The notes under the pieces: generated by a model
What the model saw: only the letters and a program-made list of their open reading frames with translations
Database searches by the model: none
Told to the model about the DNA's origin: nothing
In this document: positions 46,101 through 49,060 of the stretch, in pieces
Numbering within the stretch: position 1 is the first letter of the stretch
Layout of the letters: each line of letters opens with the position of its first letter
Position numbers and translations under genes: made by a program
NCBI GenBank assembly: GCA_002269645.1
Contig: NIVC01003120.1
Location: 1-49,060, forward strand
Length of the DNA stretch: 49,060 nucleotides
Direction of reading: 5' to 3'
Origin: Macrostomum lignano
Taxonomy: Eukaryota

Positions 46101-46489
46101 AAACACACAAACCAGGCGGTCAATCGGTGGAGCTGTGAATTAAAGAAGAACGAAATGAAGCAATTATAAACGCTGTAAAATAAGAAGCGTGAGTGAGACC
46201 CAAAGGCATCAAGTCTCAGTTAACTTTGAGACCATTTTAGGTTTCCGTTGAGATATCTTGAGTGATTCTGAGTGTCTTAACTTCAATTCATGCCTAAGCT
46301 TTTTAAAATATAAACTCAACATCGCCTCCACCTCAACAACCCTCGCCAGGTGAAGGCCATCCTGCTGCACCCGAGCCTTTCAGCGCCGAGAACGACCTGA
46401 TGACGCCCACGATGAAGCTGAAGCGGCCGCAGTTGCGCAAGCGGTTCGCCGACGCCTTCGACGCCATGTACGCAGAGGTGGAGCCGTGA
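37161..46489 (+). CDS. ACSL: Long-chain fatty acid-CoA ligase (ACSL1/5/6-like), 9 exons, one apparent 1-nt frameshift in the last exon
   Basis: Exons 37161-37268 (less certain), 38159-38320, 39849-40043, 41167-41467, 41574-41662, 42522-42710, 43467-43733, 44358-44981, 46350-46489. Motifs GPCLGTR, VPLYDTLG, ICYTSGTTGQPKGVML, YFSYLPMAHILER, GFGQTET, DGWVHTGDI, IVDRVKHLFKLAQGEYIAPEKIE, LMTPTMKLKR. Confidence 0.94.
38700..39375. repeat. Polypyrimidine (CCTCT-type) low-complexity tract
   Basis: Almost purely C/T on the + strand for ~670 bp. Confidence 0.95.
40150..41100. repeat. 24-bp minisatellite (CAGGCCACCTCAGCCCTGATTTTT)
   Basis: Tandem periodicity in an ACSL intron. Confidence 0.96.
41685..42510. 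repeat. 21-bp minisatellite (CAGCATCAGAATCCCCATCCC)
   Basis: Tandem periodicity in an ACSL intron. Confidence 0.96.
42730..43385. repeat. 23-24-bp G-rich minisatellite (GGGAGGGACAGAGGGGCGGATCA)
   Basis: Tandem periodicity in an ACSL intron. Confidence 0.95.
43880..44230. repeat. 31-bp pyrimidine-rich minisatellite (CTCTACTTCTCCCGCTCCCTCTCCATCCTCC)
   Basis: Tandem periodicity in an ACSL intron. Confidence 0.94.
45060..45475. repeat. 23-bp minisatellite (TGAGGTGACCTTGAATGGTGATC)
   Basis: Tandem periodicity in the last ACSL intron. Confidence 0.95.
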
Positions 46490-46677
46490 GGCGCCGTGTC
46501 GCCTGATCACCCCATTGCCTCATTAATCAGAGGAGATTATTTAAAAACTCCCTAAACTTCCCACTAGATATCCTGTTGACTCTACTGTTAGTAGCGTGCA
46601 AAGTCTGTCATTTTTTGCAGTTGATGGACAATCAAAGTAGAAAGACGCTGCACTCACAAATCCTGCAACATTCGACA

Positions 46678-47477
46678 GTATGATGATGAGAAAGACGCTG
46701 CACTCACAAATCCTGCAACATTCGACAGTATGATGATGATGGTGATGATCATGATGATGATGGTGATGATCATGATGATGATGGTGATGATCATGATGAT
46801 GATGGTGATGATCATGATGATGATGGTGATGATCATGATGATGATGGTGATGATGATCATGATGATGGTGATCATGATGATGATGGTGATGATGATCATG
46901 ATGATGATGGTGATGATGATCATGATGATGGTGATCATGGTGATGATGGTGATGATGATAATGATGATCATGATGATGATGGTGATCATGATGATGATGG
47001 TGATGATGATCATGATGATGGTGATCATGATGATGATGGTGATGATGATCATGATGATGATGGTGATGATGATCATGATCATGGTGATCATGGTGATGAT
47101 GATCATGATGATGATGGTGATGATGATCATGATGATGGTGATCATGATGATGATGGTGATGATGATCATGATGATGGTGATCATGATGATGATGGTGATG
47201 ATGATCATGATGATGATGGTGATAATGATAATGATGATCATGATGATGATGGTGATCATGATGATGATGGTGATGATGATGATGATGATGATGGTGATCA
47301 TGATGATGATGGTGATGATGATCATGATGATGGTGATCATGATGATGATGGTGATGATGATCATGATGATGGTGATCATGATGATGATGGTGATGATGAT
47401 CATGATGATGATGGTGATGATGATCATGATGATGGTGATCATGGTGATGATGATGATGATGATGGTGATCATGATGG

Positions 47478-47510
<33 letters not shown>
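46678..47510. repeat. Imperfect (ATG/GAT)n trinucleotide microsatellite, ~830 bp
   Basis: Direct reading. Confidence 0.97.
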
Positions 47511-48074
47511 GGACTCAGCCTCCGAACTCGCAATTGAAGTTCAGTAAATAATAAAGTTTAAAAAATGGTGATTAGAGATCATATCTGAAGTTAAATGTAT
47601 TTTTTGAAACTAATGCTAGACTTGCGAGTGCAGCGTCCCTGTACTTTAGAGTTGTCCGTGATGCAGTGTTGTGGAAACTTGAGTTTATTCCCCTACCAAA
47701 AAAGGCTCGCTGCGCATTAATTCCGTTTTTTGTTTCTTAGAAAAGCCGCGCAAGTTCCTGCCGAGCATTTACCGTATTCCGCTGTTTGCAATATTCGGCT
47801 CTATAAACATTTTAAACAACTTCCAAATCATTAAAATTGGTTGTTTTGCTAATATTAATTAGACACTTTGACCGCTTGGAGCTGTTCATCGAATGCTTTA
47901 ATAACAATGTGTAAGAAATATTATATAATACTAGCACAATACACTTTTTGCTATCCAGTCTGATCGAACTGCCGCTTCTGTGGATTGAAAGTACCGTTTC
48001 GAATTTTGTTTCGTTTGGGCTGGCGTTTTTATTATTTCCGGCCCTTTAAACAGATCCCGGCTGAAGCACATGTA

Positions 48075-49000
48075 GCTCCCGAAATTCGGAATCCCACAAT
48101 CCTGAATTCTTGAATCCTATCCTGCATTTCTGAATCCAATCCCAAATTTCCGAATTATACAATCCCGAATTTCCGAATCCTATAATACTTAATTTCCGAA
48201 TCCTACAATTCTGAATTTCGGAATCCACCCCGAATTTTCGAATTATACAATCCCGAATTTCTGATCCTACAATCCTGAATTTCCGAATCCAATCCTGAAT
48301 TTCTGAATCCAATCCCGAATTTTCAAATGCAATCCTGAATTTTGGAATTCAATTCCGAATTTCCGAATTATACGATCCTTAATTTCCGAATCCTAAATCC
48401 GGAATTTCCAAATCCTACAATCCTGCAATCTGCAGTACTGCAATCATGAATTTCGGAATCCTGCAATCCAGAATTTCTGAATCAGACATGTAAAATTCTG
48501 AATTTCCAAATCCCACAATCCTGAATTTCCGAATCCTAAAATCCTGAATTTCCGAATCCCACAATCCTGAATTTCGAATCCCACAATCCTGAATTTCCGA
48601 ATCCTACAATCCTGAATTTCCGAATCCTACAATCCTAAATTTCCGAATCCTACAATCCTGAATTTCGAATCCCACAATCCTGAATTTCCGAATCCTACAA
48701 TCCTGAATTTCCGAATCCTACAATCCTGAATTTCCGAATCCTACAATCCTGAATTTCCGAATCCTACAATCCTGAATTTCGAATCCTACAATCCTGAATT
48801 TCCGATCCCACAATCCGAGTTTCCGAATCCTACAATCCCGAGTTTCCGAATCCTACAATCCCGAGTTTCCGAATCCTACAATCCCGAGTTTCCGAATCCT
48901 ACGAGTACAATCCCGAGTTTCCGAATCCCACAATCCGAGTTTCGCGAATCCTACAATCCTGAATTTCCGAATCTCACAATCCTGAGTCTCCGTATCCCGA
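48075..49000. repeat. ~23-bp minisatellite (GAATCCTACAATCCTGAATTTCC)
   Basis: Tandem periodicity, more degenerate toward the left edge. Confidence 0.93.
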
Positions 49001-49060
49001 ATATCTGACTGTGTTTTTGGGGGTTTCCCACCGCAGAATTCTCAATCCGGGCCGAGATCT

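Noticed and set aside
30642-46489. Calling SLC22 and ACSL pseudogenes
   Set aside because: Only isolated 1-nt deletions in short runs, with intact motifs and splice sites; an assembly error is more parsimonious.
46541-47551. 330-aa poly-His/Asp ORF and the poly-Met/Ile ORFs
   Set aside because: All are translations of an (ATG/CAT)n microsatellite, which is stop-poor by composition; no flanking coding signal.

Overview
Eukaryotic (metazoan) genomic DNA, not prokaryotic. It has GC-rich spliced exons separated by introns filled with 20-60 bp minisatellites (about a third of the window), a style reminiscent of the flatworm Macrostomum (inference only). Genes in order: 3' part of a claudin/PMP22-like tetraspan gene with a broken reading frame (+); complete 10-exon NAAA/acid-ceramidase gene (-); four-EF-hand calmodulin-like gene with an Arg/Ser-rich tail (+); complete HOIL-1L/RBCK1 RBR ligase (-); an adjacent same-strand SHARPIN-like LTM-UBL-NZF gene carrying a 4E-BP-type eIF4E-binding motif (-); intact DD34D mariner with ~190 bp TIRs; orphan single-TM ORF (+); SLC22 transporter (+); long-chain acyl-CoA synthetase with a predicted N-myristoylation start (+). 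The most notable observation is the tandem LUBAC-subunit locus and the YxxxxLL motif on the SHARPIN-like protein. Several genes carry 1-nt deletions in short homopolymers, probably assembly errors. Exon boundaries were read by eye.
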